29,708 bases of DNA from positions 1-29,708 of the forward strand of contig CALXBG010000028.1 in NCBI GenBank assembly GCA_944386485.1, read 5' to 3'. Positions 8,173-15,703 of the stretch are shown piece by piece; position 1 is the first letter of the stretch, and the number at the start of each line of letters is the position of its first letter. Source of the stretch: an uncultured Pygmaiobacter sp. GTDB taxonomy: Bacteria; Bacillota; Clostridia; Oscillospirales; Ruminococcaceae. The position numbers were made by a program, and so were the translations under genes. The notes below the pieces were generated by a model. It did not search any database. It was given only the letters and a program-made list of their open reading frames with translations, and was not told the origin of the DNA.

Positions 8173-8220
8173 AAGAGCCGGGATCTTGGACCGTCACGCC
8201 CAAGATCCCGGCTCTTTCTT
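8173..8220. terminator. Bidirectional rho-independent terminator between convergent genes
   Basis: Stem of 17 bp, aagagccgggatcttgg / ccaagatcccggctctt. It is flanked by aataaaa on the left (T-run for the minus strand) and tcttgcgg on the right. Confidence 0.6.
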
Positions 8221-8235
8221 GCGGTTGAGAAAAGA

Positions 8236-9069
8236 TCAGCGGTCGGCGGGGCGGGTCATCCGCACCGCGGCGAAACCGGCCAGCAGCGGCAGAGCCACAC
8301 AGGCCGCGACGCCTGCTGCGTTGCCAACGAACAGAAAGTAGATCAGTCCGACTAGCCCAACCAACATCAACAGTACCGAAAAGAGTGCAAGACCGCGGCG
8401 CAGCCCCTCGGCTCGATTTCGACTAAGTACGGCGGTCAGAACGTCTTCAGGCACGGCTGCGATCTGCTGGGCACCGGCCGCTTCCAGCTCATCGGCGTCT
8501 CGAAAACCCCACAGTACGCCGCAGCTTGCGGTTTTGGCATTCTGGGCGGTGTGGATGTCGACGTTGCTGTCCCCGACATAGAGTACCTGATCGGGATGCA
8601 GCCCAAAGTCAGCGATTACGCGATTGAGTGCGGCGGGATCGGGTTTAACCAGCGTACCCTGCTGGCCCGCAACCGAGTCGAAAATGCCGGGGAAGTATTG
8701 TTCAACGATCTGGGTGACAAATTCATGTGGTTTGTTTGAGACCACGCCGAGCCGAATCCCTTTAGCTTTAAGGGCGGTCAGCAGCTGTGGGATGCCGGGA
8801 TAGGGAACGGTGCAGTCCCGCATATGGGCCTGATAATGGGTGTCAAACAAACCGCTTGCCCGCTCGACGGCGGATTCATCGGTTCGCAGCTGCTCAGGCA
8901 GCATCCGCAGAATCAGATTGCGTCGTCCATCTCCGACAAGGTGCTTGTATTCCTCCACGGTGTAGGTGGGCAGCCCCATCTCGGTCAGCGCAAAATTGCA
9001 GGCATTGGCAAGATCCTCGATGGTGTTGAGCAGAGTGCCGTCGAGGTCGAAAATCACAGCTTTGATCAT
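8236..9069 (-). CDS. HAD-superfamily hydrolase (phosphoglycolate phosphatase-like, HAD-IA) with a C-terminal two-helix transmembrane tail
   Basis: MIKAVIFDLDGTL motif I, SNKP motif II and K...GDSNVD motifs III/IV. True start is ATG 9069 (RBS AAGGAG, 9 nt spacer); the ORF-track start at 9090 is an upstream GTG. The last ~55 aa are hydrophobic: LALFSVLLMLVGLVGLIYFLFVG...VALPLLAGFAAV. Confidence 0.75.
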   Translation of the reverse strand: MIKAVIFDLDGTLLNTIEDLANACNFALTEMGLPTYTVEEYKHLVGDGRRNLILRMLPEQLRTDESAVERASGLFDTHYQAHMRDCTVPYPGIPQLLTALKAKGIRLGVVSNKPHEFVTQIVEQYFPGIFDSVAGQQGTLVKPDPAALNRVIADFGLHPDQVLYVGDSNVDIHTAQNAKTASCGVLWGFRDADELEAAGAQQIAAVPEDVLTAVLSRNRAEGLRRGLALFSVLLMLVGLVGLIYFLFVGNAAGVAACVALPLLAGFAAVRMTRPADR

Positions 9070-9121
9070 AAAAACGTACTCCTTTGGCACAGCCGAACGA
9101 TGTTCGGCCAGAATATTTGGT

Positions 9122-10498
9122 TCAGAGATTGAATTCTAACTCCCGCGCCCGGAAAAACTCGATACCGCGCAGATGATAGGTCCGGCGGGTGGGAGTGAAG
9201 ATCCGCAGATCACATCGCCCAGCAGAGGCAGCGGTCGGGAACCGGGTGATCAAAAGGGAGAGGTCATCGGTATAGAGTGAGACCAGATACCGGGTGAACC
9301 CACGGCAATAGCTGACCGAAAGGGTGCGGTTTTCATTGCGGCAAAACCCCTCACGGAAAAAACCCTCAAGACTGCATAGCAGAGCGCCTAGTGCGAGCAG
9401 AGCCAAAATCCAGAGCAAAAAGCTCACCTGCGGCAGCACCCGCAACGAGACGATTCCCAGCGAGAGAACCAGAATCAGCAGCGAGCCGGGTTTCCACAGA
9501 TACTGCGGCAGGCTTTTGCGGCGGGGATTGCACAGCGGCCGGTCAGGCGGGCAAAACTCGGGCAGCAACTGGCGCAGCTGTGGGACACTTTTTTTGCTCA
9601 GGGTAAAGATTGGCAGGTCCTCACCGCGAAAGCAGCCCGCGCTCAGATAGACCGGGCAGCGGCGCAACAACCGTGCGGCCGGGGTAATTCGCAGACTGCT
9701 GGCGGTAATCGCGTCGACAAAGACCCGCCGTTCGGTATGGGTCAAAAGACCGCCTCGGCTGAGCAGCACACCACCCGAGCGGGCGGCGGTAAATCGGTAG
9801 GTCCGCAAAAGGCTGTTGAAAAGAGAAAGGGCGAAGACCAGCAGCCCTATCGTTACCACAAGCGAAGCGCCTGCCGGCACAAAAGCGGTCAACAGATGCT
9901 CCAGCCGGGTGATCCCGTCGATCGCGAGTGCCCGAAAATCCTCCCCGAGAAGAGAAAAGATTCGGCGGGCGGAAAGAACCGAAAAAAAGGCGGTGGCGAT
10001 CACATTTGCCGACAGCAGCATGAAGAAAAGCCGTTCGGCCCCGACCGGAGTAAAGGCACTCGCCGCAGCGGCATCAGGCACCAGACGGCGGGCAAGCCGA
10101 CGTGCCTGACGGGCGGATAGGGTGATTTTGATTCTGCGCAGACCGCTGCCTGCGCGAAAATAAATGGTCAACACCGAGGCCCCGAACAGGCGGCAGAGAA
10201 GGTTGCGCTGTAACTCCACCGCGCTCACCTGCGCGGTAGAGGTGCGGTTGCAGCGGCGCAGCAGAACACCACTTCGAATCATCAGTACACCGTCGGTCAA
10301 TGAGAGGGAACTGGCTCGATGCATTGCCGCCAAAATCCCACCGCAGGCAAGCAAGATGGCAAACTCCTGCATCAGGGTTCGCCAGGCGGAAAAAAAGGCA
10401 AAATCCAGTACTGCCTGCAAGACCGGCAGCAGGCAGAGCAGCAGAAAGTACTTGACATATTTTAGAAAATGCAGCGGGTGTAATCGAATGGGGTGCAT
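9122..10498 (-). CDS. YdbT-like membrane protein with repeated bacterial PH (bPH_2) domains
   Basis: Start reassigned to the internal ATG at 10498, which overlaps the upstream gene stop (ATGA). The N-terminus MHPIRLHPLHFLKYVKYFLLL carries hydrophobic helices. Repeated units of the type R...L..R......L..DG bPH-like follow. Arrangement matches the B. subtilis ydbS-ydbT pair. Confidence 0.55.
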   Translation of the reverse strand: MHPIRLHPLHFLKYVKYFLLLCLLPVLQAVLDFAFFSAWRTLMQEFAILLACGGILAAMHRASSLSLTDGVLMIRSGVLLRRCNRTSTAQVSAVELQRNLLCRLFGASVLTIYFRAGSGLRRIKITLSARQARRLARRLVPDAAAASAFTPVGAERLFFMLLSANVIATAFFSVLSARRIFSLLGEDFRALAIDGITRLEHLLTAFVPAGASLVVTIGLLVFALSLFNSLLRTYRFTAARSGGVLLSRGGLLTHTERRVFVDAITASSLRITPAARLLRRCPVYLSAGCFRGEDLPIFTLSKKSVPQLRQLLPEFCPPDRPLCNPRRKSLPQYLWKPGSLLILVLSLGIVSLRVLPQVSFLLWILALLALGALLCSLEGFFREGFCRNENRTLSVSYCRGFTRYLVSLYTDDLSLLITRFPTAASAGRCDLRIFTPTRRTYHLRGIEFFRARELEFNL

Positions 10499-10914
10499 CA
10501 ATCCTCGCCTCCCGTCAGCAGTGCGGTTTGCAGCCGCTCGCTGTCCGCAGGTGATAACCCGATCAGAATTACCGTCGCGCCCGAGGTAAAAACGACCATC
10601 CCGCAGGCGCCCAGCAATCGGCCCAGCGGGGTGGAGAAGGTCCACACACCGGTCACGCTCCGCAGCGGAACCCGGCGCAGCGTGCGGTAAAAAAAGCCCC
10701 GCTCAACCGAAAATTCTCGCCCGCTTACCCGCACCCGGTACCCTAACTGGTGCAGTAGTGCGAGTCCCACCGAAGCCAACGTGCCGCAGAGAAAGACAAC
10801 CAATGCCGCTAGCCAGTTCCAAAATAACCAGAGCAGAAAACCGCAAACCCCAAACAGGCCGGTCAGCCAGAGAGCAGCCAGCATCGCGCCTTTTCGGGTT
10901 ACGGTATAATTCAT
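10498..10914 (-). CDS. YdbS-like small membrane PH-domain protein
   Basis: Real start is ATG 10914 (MNYTVTRKG...; RBS GGAG 8 nt upstream). The upstream 120 codons of the track ORF overlap the neighbouring gene and are rejected. The protein has two N-terminal TM helices and then a bPH-like domain (YRVRVSGREFSVERGFFYRTLRRVPLRSV). Confidence 0.55.
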   Translation of the reverse strand: MNYTVTRKGAMLAALWLTGLFGVCGFLLWLFWNWLAALVVFLCGTLASVGLALLHQLGYRVRVSGREFSVERGFFYRTLRRVPLRSVTGVWTFSTPLGRLLGACGMVVFTSGATVILIGLSPADSERLQTALLTGGED

Positions 10915-10945
10915 AAGAAATACTCCATTTAGTATAAAAACTCGG

Positions 10946-12352
10946 TTACCAGGTTGGATCAATTTCCTGCCCGTCCTGCAGATTCGAGAGCACGGAGAGC
11001 AAACGGGAAAGATAACTGCTGCGAACAGCGTACTGTGCGGTTCCATCAATCTCGATCGCATGCCGCTTGACGCCATAGGGGATAAACCGGATGACCTCGG
11101 TACGGTAGCCGGAGTCCGGCAGCTCAGGGCCGGCAAGCGGCTCGTCGTAAACAAAGGTGATGACCGCGTCGGGCGGAATGTTCTGCATCGGGTCTTCCAT
11201 CTCATATTCCGCCCGCAGCGAGCAGAGTAGACGGTAAAACTGCTCGAAGGTCTCCTGTGAGAGAAATTCTCCATTGAAAGAAACGCTGGTTTCGGTCAGG
11301 TCGAACAGATAGGTTTGCCCGGACGCCTCGATCTGAATCTCCCGCAATGTATCCAGCGCGGGTGCCATCAGATACCGGCTCATCAGCGCATAACGGGTCA
11401 CCCCGATCCAATGAGCTTCGCTCAGATTAAGGCGATAGACTGCGGGGACCCCTTCACGATACAGATAGTAGAAATTGCCGGTAAAATTACCAATCCGCAG
11501 GGTGACGCTCTGGCCCAATAAGGTGAAAGAAAGGGTGGAATAATCGCTTTCATCGGACAAGCCATACTCTTTCAGTTCAGGTTCGCTGGGATAAAGGGTC
11601 ACCACACCATCGGCCCGCAGCGTGCTGAGCTGGTCAAAATAGGTCGTAAAGGCATCGGGGTCAACGTAGCTCAGCCGATCCCCAGCCAGCTGATAAGAGT
11701 AGCTCAGTTCCATCCCGTCGGTCTGGGGGATGGGCAGACGGTCCAGCCGCAGCGTCTGACCGTTTGTGGTCCACTCGATACTGCTGGGCAGCGCATTGCC
11801 CGCTTCCTCTACCGGAGAGAGGGAGAGATCCAGATAACTGCTGATATCAGACAGCAGATACCGGATGCTGCTGCGCCCGATCTGGTAGACCGTGTTCCCG
11901 CCGTTGACCCGGATATAGTATTGATCTGTTCCGGTAATCTGTGCACCGACCTCGATGGAGATTCCGCCCCCGTCGGAATAGGTGGCCTGCGCCTGTGCGA
12001 GAGGAAAATCAAATCCGTAGTCGATCGGTGCGTCGGGATCCTGCACCAGCGGGCCGACTGCCGTCAGGCTGGTACACTCCCGCGCCAGCTCGTCGCAGGC
12101 AGACTGCGAGAGAGGAAATCCGGCAAGCCGGTCACAGGAATAGACCCCGTCTTCTGCGGTGACCGAATAGGCGCCGCCGGCATTGATAATCTCGACCGAG
12201 GCGAAGGCGTTCTGTGCCCGGTCCGAGAGGGTGACCTCGGTCGGTGCTTCGCTGCGGGAAGAGGGGAAAAATAGCGATAGCGAGACGGCGAGGACCCCAA
12301 GCACCGTAAAGGCGAGCAGAGAGGTAAAAAATTGTTTGTTGATCTTCATCAA
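10946..12352 (-). CDS. Secreted or membrane-anchored protein of unknown function (DUF4340-like), first gene of the minus-strand operon
   Basis: 468 aa. RBS GGAGG 6 nt upstream. N-terminal signal anchor KQFFTSLLAFTVLGVLAVSLSLFF. The mature part is S/T/Y/D-rich. The domain name is assigned from memory only. Confidence 0.5.
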   Translation of the reverse strand: MMKINKQFFTSLLAFTVLGVLAVSLSLFFPSSRSEAPTEVTLSDRAQNAFASVEIINAGGAYSVTAEDGVYSCDRLAGFPLSQSACDELARECTSLTAVGPLVQDPDAPIDYGFDFPLAQAQATYSDGGGISIEVGAQITGTDQYYIRVNGGNTVYQIGRSSIRYLLSDISSYLDLSLSPVEEAGNALPSSIEWTTNGQTLRLDRLPIPQTDGMELSYSYQLAGDRLSYVDPDAFTTYFDQLSTLRADGVVTLYPSEPELKEYGLSDESDYSTLSFTLLGQSVTLRIGNFTGNFYYLYREGVPAVYRLNLSEAHWIGVTRYALMSRYLMAPALDTLREIQIEASGQTYLFDLTETSVSFNGEFLSQETFEQFYRLLCSLRAEYEMEDPMQNIPPDAVITFVYDEPLAGPELPDSGYRTEVIRFIPYGVKRHAIEIDGTAQYAVRSSYLSRLLSVLSNLQDGQEIDPTW

Positions 12353-12429
12353 ACGCCTCCATGAAAAGCGGATGAGAAGCGCGGGCGCCTACCGGCAAGC
12401 GGATGCATCCCGAACTTATCCTTCCTTTC

Positions 12430-12468
12430 ATTATACAAAATATGCCGTCGGGAGAAAAGCAAAAGCCG
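12430..12468 (-). promoter_or_regulatory. Candidate promoter with extended -10 for the DUF4340/ydbST/HAD operon
   Basis: The minus strand reads ...catattTTGTATAATgaaagg. The -10 TATAAT lies at 12430-12435 with an upstream TG. The -35 is weak (ttttct). It sits about 75 nt upstream of the ATG at 12352. Confidence 0.3.
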
Positions 12469-12475
12469 ATCCGGG

Positions 12476-12505
12476 CCACAAAAAAGGACCGCGCCAGCGC
12501 GGTCC
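12476..12505 (-). terminator. Rho-independent terminator of the trkA-like operon
   Basis: Stem ggaccgcgc / gcgcggtcc with loop cagc. On the minus strand it is followed by ttttt. It lies 15 nt downstream of the stop at 12520. Confidence 0.55.
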
Positions 12506-12519
12506 GAAATCAGAAAACA

Positions 12520-13185
12520 TCAGCGTTCGTCCAGATCCCACAGCCGGGCAAGATCGTGGAAGGCGGTGTTCTTTGCAACACAGACCACCTTGTCTCCGCC
12601 CAACAGTACGGTGTTGCCGCGGGGAATAATCAATTCCTGGCCGCGGGTGAGGAAGACGATGACCACGTCGTGCGGGATCTCCAGCTCGGCAAGGGTGCGC
12701 CCGGAATACTTGAAGTCATCCGGCAGAAAAACCTCGGTCAGCGAAGCGTCCCCGCCTGCAATGCTCATCAGGTGATGGATCGCATCGGTCTCAACCTCTC
12801 GCTCGATCAGCCGCGCGATATTGTCGGTGCTGCTCACCGCAATGTCGACCCCAAGCTCCTTGAGCACCGGGGTATTTTTGGGGTTGTTGACCCGGGCGAT
12901 GGTCTTTTTGACCCCGAAGACTTTTTTAGCCAGCTGGCAGGCGATCAGGTTCGCCTCATCCTTGCCGGTCACTCCGACCAGCGCCTGACAACTGTCCACC
13001 TTGGCGATCTCGAGGATCTCGACCAGCGTGCCGTCCCCGTGGACGACCGGGAAATCCAGATTTTCGGCCAGATGGCTGCAGGTCTGTTCGTCCAGCTCAA
13101 TGATGACCGGCTCGTGGCCATGCTCCATCAGGGTCTTGGACAGATAGTAACCGACCTTTCCGCCGCCGACGATGCAAACGCGCAT
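12520..13185 (-). CDS. trkA: Trk/Ktr potassium uptake regulatory subunit (RCK_N + RCK_C; KtrA/TrkA-like)
   Basis: MRVCIVGGGKVGYYL Rossmann motif, then a C-terminal RCK_C-like segment. 221 aa. RBS AGGAGGAGG. Confidence 0.8.
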   Translation of the reverse strand: MRVCIVGGGKVGYYLSKTLMEHGHEPVIIELDEQTCSHLAENLDFPVVHGDGTLVEILEIAKVDSCQALVGVTGKDEANLIACQLAKKVFGVKKTIARVNNPKNTPVLKELGVDIAVSSTDNIARLIEREVETDAIHHLMSIAGGDASLTEVFLPDDFKYSGRTLAELEIPHDVVIVFLTRGQELIIPRGNTVLLGGDKVVCVAKNTAFHDLARLWDLDER

Positions 13186-13188
13186 GGA

Positions 13189-13611
13189 TCACTCCTCCTC
13201 CTTTAATGCAGTATTGAGCAGGGTGTCCACCGTCAACAGGGTGGGGCAGATGGTATGAATCGCCATCTGTCCGGCAAAGACCTCCTGCCGCGCGGGATCA
13301 TAGATCCGGGCGGTCACGTTTTGGACCCCGAAGACCTTGGTTGCGACCTGTGCGACCATAATATTGGTGTTGTCACTGGGGGTAACCGCAATAACGGCGT
13401 CACAGCTCTCGATGCCCGCGGAGCGCAGGACATCCAGATCAATAGGCTCGCCGCAGACACAAAGACCCGAGAAACCTGCCAGCCGTACATTGTCCGAGGG
13501 ATCCAGCGCCGAGGCGCTCTTGTCCACGATCGAGACATCGTGACCGCGGTTTTCCAGTACCTGTGCCAGATAAGACCCTACCTTGCCGCAGCCGACAATC
13601 AAAACATTCAA
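13189..13611 (-). CDS. Short RCK N-terminal (TrkA-N) domain protein
   Basis: The conserved part begins NVLIVGCGKVGSYLAQ. Proposed start is TTG at 13611, preceded by GAGGTG 6 nt upstream. The longer track ORF runs through the reverse complement of the tRNA-Arg gene and is an artefact. 140 aa. Stop is 3 nt before the trkA start. Confidence 0.65.
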   Translation of the reverse strand: MNVLIVGCGKVGSYLAQVLENRGHDVSIVDKSASALDPSDNVRLAGFSGLCVCGEPIDLDVLRSAGIESCDAVIAVTPSDNTNIMVAQVATKVFGVQNVTARIYDPARQEVFAGQMAIHTICPTLLTVDTLLNTALKEEE

Positions 13612-13683
13612 ACCACACACCTCATTCCAGCGAAAAGCGGTTAAAAGGTACGCCCGGCAAAATACAAATTGCCGAGCAGCTAT

Positions 13684-13712
13684 ATTATAACGCACTTCCT
13701 GTAAAATAGCAA
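13684..13712 (-). promoter_or_regulatory. Near-consensus sigma-A promoter for the RCK operon
   Basis: The minus strand reads TTGCTA, 17 nt spacer, TATAAT (plus-strand coordinates 13707-13712 and 13684-13689). It lies about 70 nt upstream of the TTG start. Confidence 0.5.
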
Positions 13713-13774
13713 TAAACAGATGAATCTTGACCCCGGAAAAGGAAAAGATGATCAGGGAAAAAGCAGACAAAGGC

Positions 13775-13802
13775 TTGCAAAAATGAAAAAATGTGGTATG
13801 AT
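13775..13802 (+). promoter_or_regulatory. Promoter of the stand-alone tRNA-Arg gene
   Basis: -35 TTGCAA (13775-13780), 16 nt spacer, TGg-TATGAT (13797-13802, extended -10). It sits about 25 nt before the tRNA 5' end. Confidence 0.45.
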
Positions 13803-13826
13803 AATAAATGCACTTTAACAGCGCAT

Positions 13827-13903
13827 GCGTCCGTAGCTCAGTTGGATAGAGCGTTCGGCTCCGACCCGGAAGGCCGCAGGTTCGAATCCTGTCGGGCGCA
13901 CCA
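13827..13903 (+). tRNA. tRNA-Arg (anticodon CCG), CCA encoded
   Basis: Hand-folded. Acceptor gcgtccg/cgggcgc, D arm gctc/agagc, anticodon stem ttcgg/ccgga with loop ctCCGac, T arm gcagg-TTCGAAT-cctgt, discriminator A, then CCA. Confidence 0.85.
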
Positions 13904-13948
13904 AAAATCGGCAAGTATCTAAAAGGTACTTGCCGATTTTTATTTTTT
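13904..13948 (+). terminator. Rho-independent terminator after tRNA-Arg
   Basis: Stem aatcggcaagta / tacttgccgatt followed by tttatttttt. Confidence 0.65.
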
Positions 13949-13991
13949 ACATGCCCTTTGGAAAATAGCGGGTAGAATGGCGGGAAGACAG

Positions 13992-14020
13992 TTGTCGCAC
14001 CAGCAGGGACGTGGTATACT
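13992..14020 (+). promoter_or_regulatory. Candidate promoter for the zinc-ribbon membrane protein gene
   Basis: -35 TTGTCG (13992-13997), 17 nt spacer, TGg-TATACT (14015-14020). Confidence 0.4.
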
Positions 14021-14071
14021 GAAGGTACAAAATTCCTCAGAATGAAAACAGGATCAAAAGGAGGGAGTCAG

Positions 14072-15616
14072 ATGAACTGTCCCAATTGTGGCAATCCCGT
14101 TTCAGAGGGAGCTTCTTTCTGCCCGTTGTGTGGGTCAAGGGTGAATGCGGCGTTGTCTGCACAGCACCAGGAACAGTCGGCGCCGGGCAATCCGGTACAG
14201 CCGGTGCAAGGGGAGAGCGGCCCGCAGACGGCCGCGCAGCAGGGCAATGACCAGTCTGGCTATACGCAGCAGAGTTACCCGCAGCAAGGTTACACGCAGC
14301 AGAGCTATGGCCAGCAAAGCTACACCCAGCAGAACTACGGCCAACCGGGGTATGGCTACAATCAGCCGGATATGGGACCGCAGCGGCCGGTCAGTCCCTA
14401 TTATCAGCGGCAGTTTGCCCTGATCGCGCAGGGCCAGCGCAGCCGGTTTAACTGGGCGGCTTTCTTTCTCGGGCCGTATCATGCGGTCTACCGCGGTCAT
14501 ACCAAGCGGTTTCTCGCCCTTTACCTGCCGCTGCTGATCCTGACCTTGGTCAACGAGGTCGCGCTGATTGCGGCATTTGGAGCGAATAACCTTTCTCTGA
14601 TCGGGATCACGGTGATTCTCAGCTGGGTTATCTCCCTGGTTTCCATCGGCCTTGCGATCTATAATGGACTTACCTTTAATAAAAGCTATTTTGCCCTCTG
14701 TGGCGGTGACCCGCGGGTGCCATCCTGCGGCGGACGGCTTGCCGTGACCATCATCACGGTGACGCTGGTCAGCATTGTGGCCGCGGTTGCCCTTTTCGGC
14801 GTCATGATGAACCAGGCGTTCAGCCAGCTGGAAAATTTGGGTGAGTATCCCTTCGATAACTCTTACGTTGAGCAGCTGCCCCCTGACGGTACCGTGCCGC
14901 AGGGCGGACAGCAGGAGCCGCAGACCGGTTCGCAGTCCGCTGTGACCGGCGGTACACAGGATATTACCGGGCTGCTCGTTGATTACGGCGACGTCGTCGC
15001 CGATCAGCTGTACCTGCTGGGCTGGAACGACCCTGATATGACCGAGGCGGAGCAGATTGTCAACAGCGCTTATCTGTTCCGCTCGGATAAGGTGAGCATG
15101 ATTGACGCCCTCAGCACCGCCTCGCAATCGATCTACTGGGAGGAGGTACAGCCCAGCGAAACAGTTTTTGAAGGAGCCAGATATTTTTCCGTCTACTGTA
15201 CGCTGGAAGAGGGAGACATCGTCTTTGACTTCGCCATCGGCGGGGGCAATGTGATGGTTTTCGGCTGCTATGTCTGGGAGGGCGAGAACTATGTCGGGCT
15301 GAATGAGCAGCAAGCTTCTGCGTTGCTGGAAGCTCTGTACAGCCGGGCGGGCGTACCCCAGTCGATTCCCTATCAGGCGCGCGGAAGCTGGCGGACCTCT
15401 GCCGGTGAGGAGTTCGTGCTGGATGGCGAGACTCTCAACGGACAGCCCTATACCCTCTGGTTTATGAGCGAAGATATTCTTGCGGTCTATCTGGACAACG
15501 TCGAGGGAGTAGAGGGCGAGTATTACATGATGATAGAGGGCCCGATCCTCAATGTCTGGCAGTACGACGCGAGCGGGGCGATCATCAACGATCTGTACTA
15601 TACAAAAGCCAACTAA
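14072..15616 (+). CDS. Zinc-ribbon membrane protein: N-terminal ribbon, Q/Y-rich repeats, DUF2628-like TM module, C-terminal extracytoplasmic domain
   Basis: Start at ATG 14072 (RBS AGGAGGGAG). Ribbon CPNCGNPV...CPLCGS. Repeat tract SGYTQQSYPQQGYTQQSYGQQSYTQQNYGQPGYGYNQ. The FNWAAFFLGPYHAVYRG motif is followed by 3-4 TM helices and a ~290 aa C-terminal domain. Confidence 0.6.
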   Translation: MNCPNCGNPVSEGASFCPLCGSRVNAALSAQHQEQSAPGNPVQPVQGESGPQTAAQQGNDQSGYTQQSYPQQGYTQQSYGQQSYTQQNYGQPGYGYNQPDMGPQRPVSPYYQRQFALIAQGQRSRFNWAAFFLGPYHAVYRGHTKRFLALYLPLLILTLVNEVALIAAFGANNLSLIGITVILSWVISLVSIGLAIYNGLTFNKSYFALCGGDPRVPSCGGRLAVTIITVTLVSIVAAVALFGVMMNQAFSQLENLGEYPFDNSYVEQLPPDGTVPQGGQQEPQTGSQSAVTGGTQDITGLLVDYGDVVADQLYLLGWNDPDMTEAEQIVNSAYLFRSDKVSMIDALSTASQSIYWEEVQPSETVFEGARYFSVYCTLEEGDIVFDFAIGGGNVMVFGCYVWEGENYVGLNEQQASALLEALYSRAGVPQSIPYQARGSWRTSAGEEFVLDGETLNGQPYTLWFMSEDILAVYLDNVEGVEGEYYMMIEGPILNVWQYDASGAIINDLYYTKAN

Positions 15617-15703
15617 AACGCAGATACGGCGAATCTTTAAGGTGCGCCGTTTTTTGTCATGGGTACCGGCGAAAGTGGTTAAAAATTTTTTTCTCTCAGG
15701 TGA

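Noticed and set aside
1-8220. Possibility that the four-gene cluster is a genomic island integrated at tRNA-Glu.
   Set aside because: There is no integrase or recombinase gene. There is no direct repeat of the tRNA 3' end near 8170-8230. GC content and codon style are indistinguishable from the flanking housekeeping genes. The context remains suggestive only.
10915-11274. Upstream 120 codons of the track ORF 10498-11274.
   Set aside because: They overlap the 3' end of the DUF4340-like gene in another frame and have an Arg/Ser/Pro-rich composition. The YdbS-like protein starts at ATG 10914 with an RBS.
13612-13914. N-terminal extension of the track ORF 13189-13914 (MPIFGAPDRIRTCGLPG...).
   Set aside because: The extension is the reverse complement of the tRNA-Arg gene and the AT-rich promoter island. 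The conserved Rossmann motif starts at the TTG 13611 with its own RBS.
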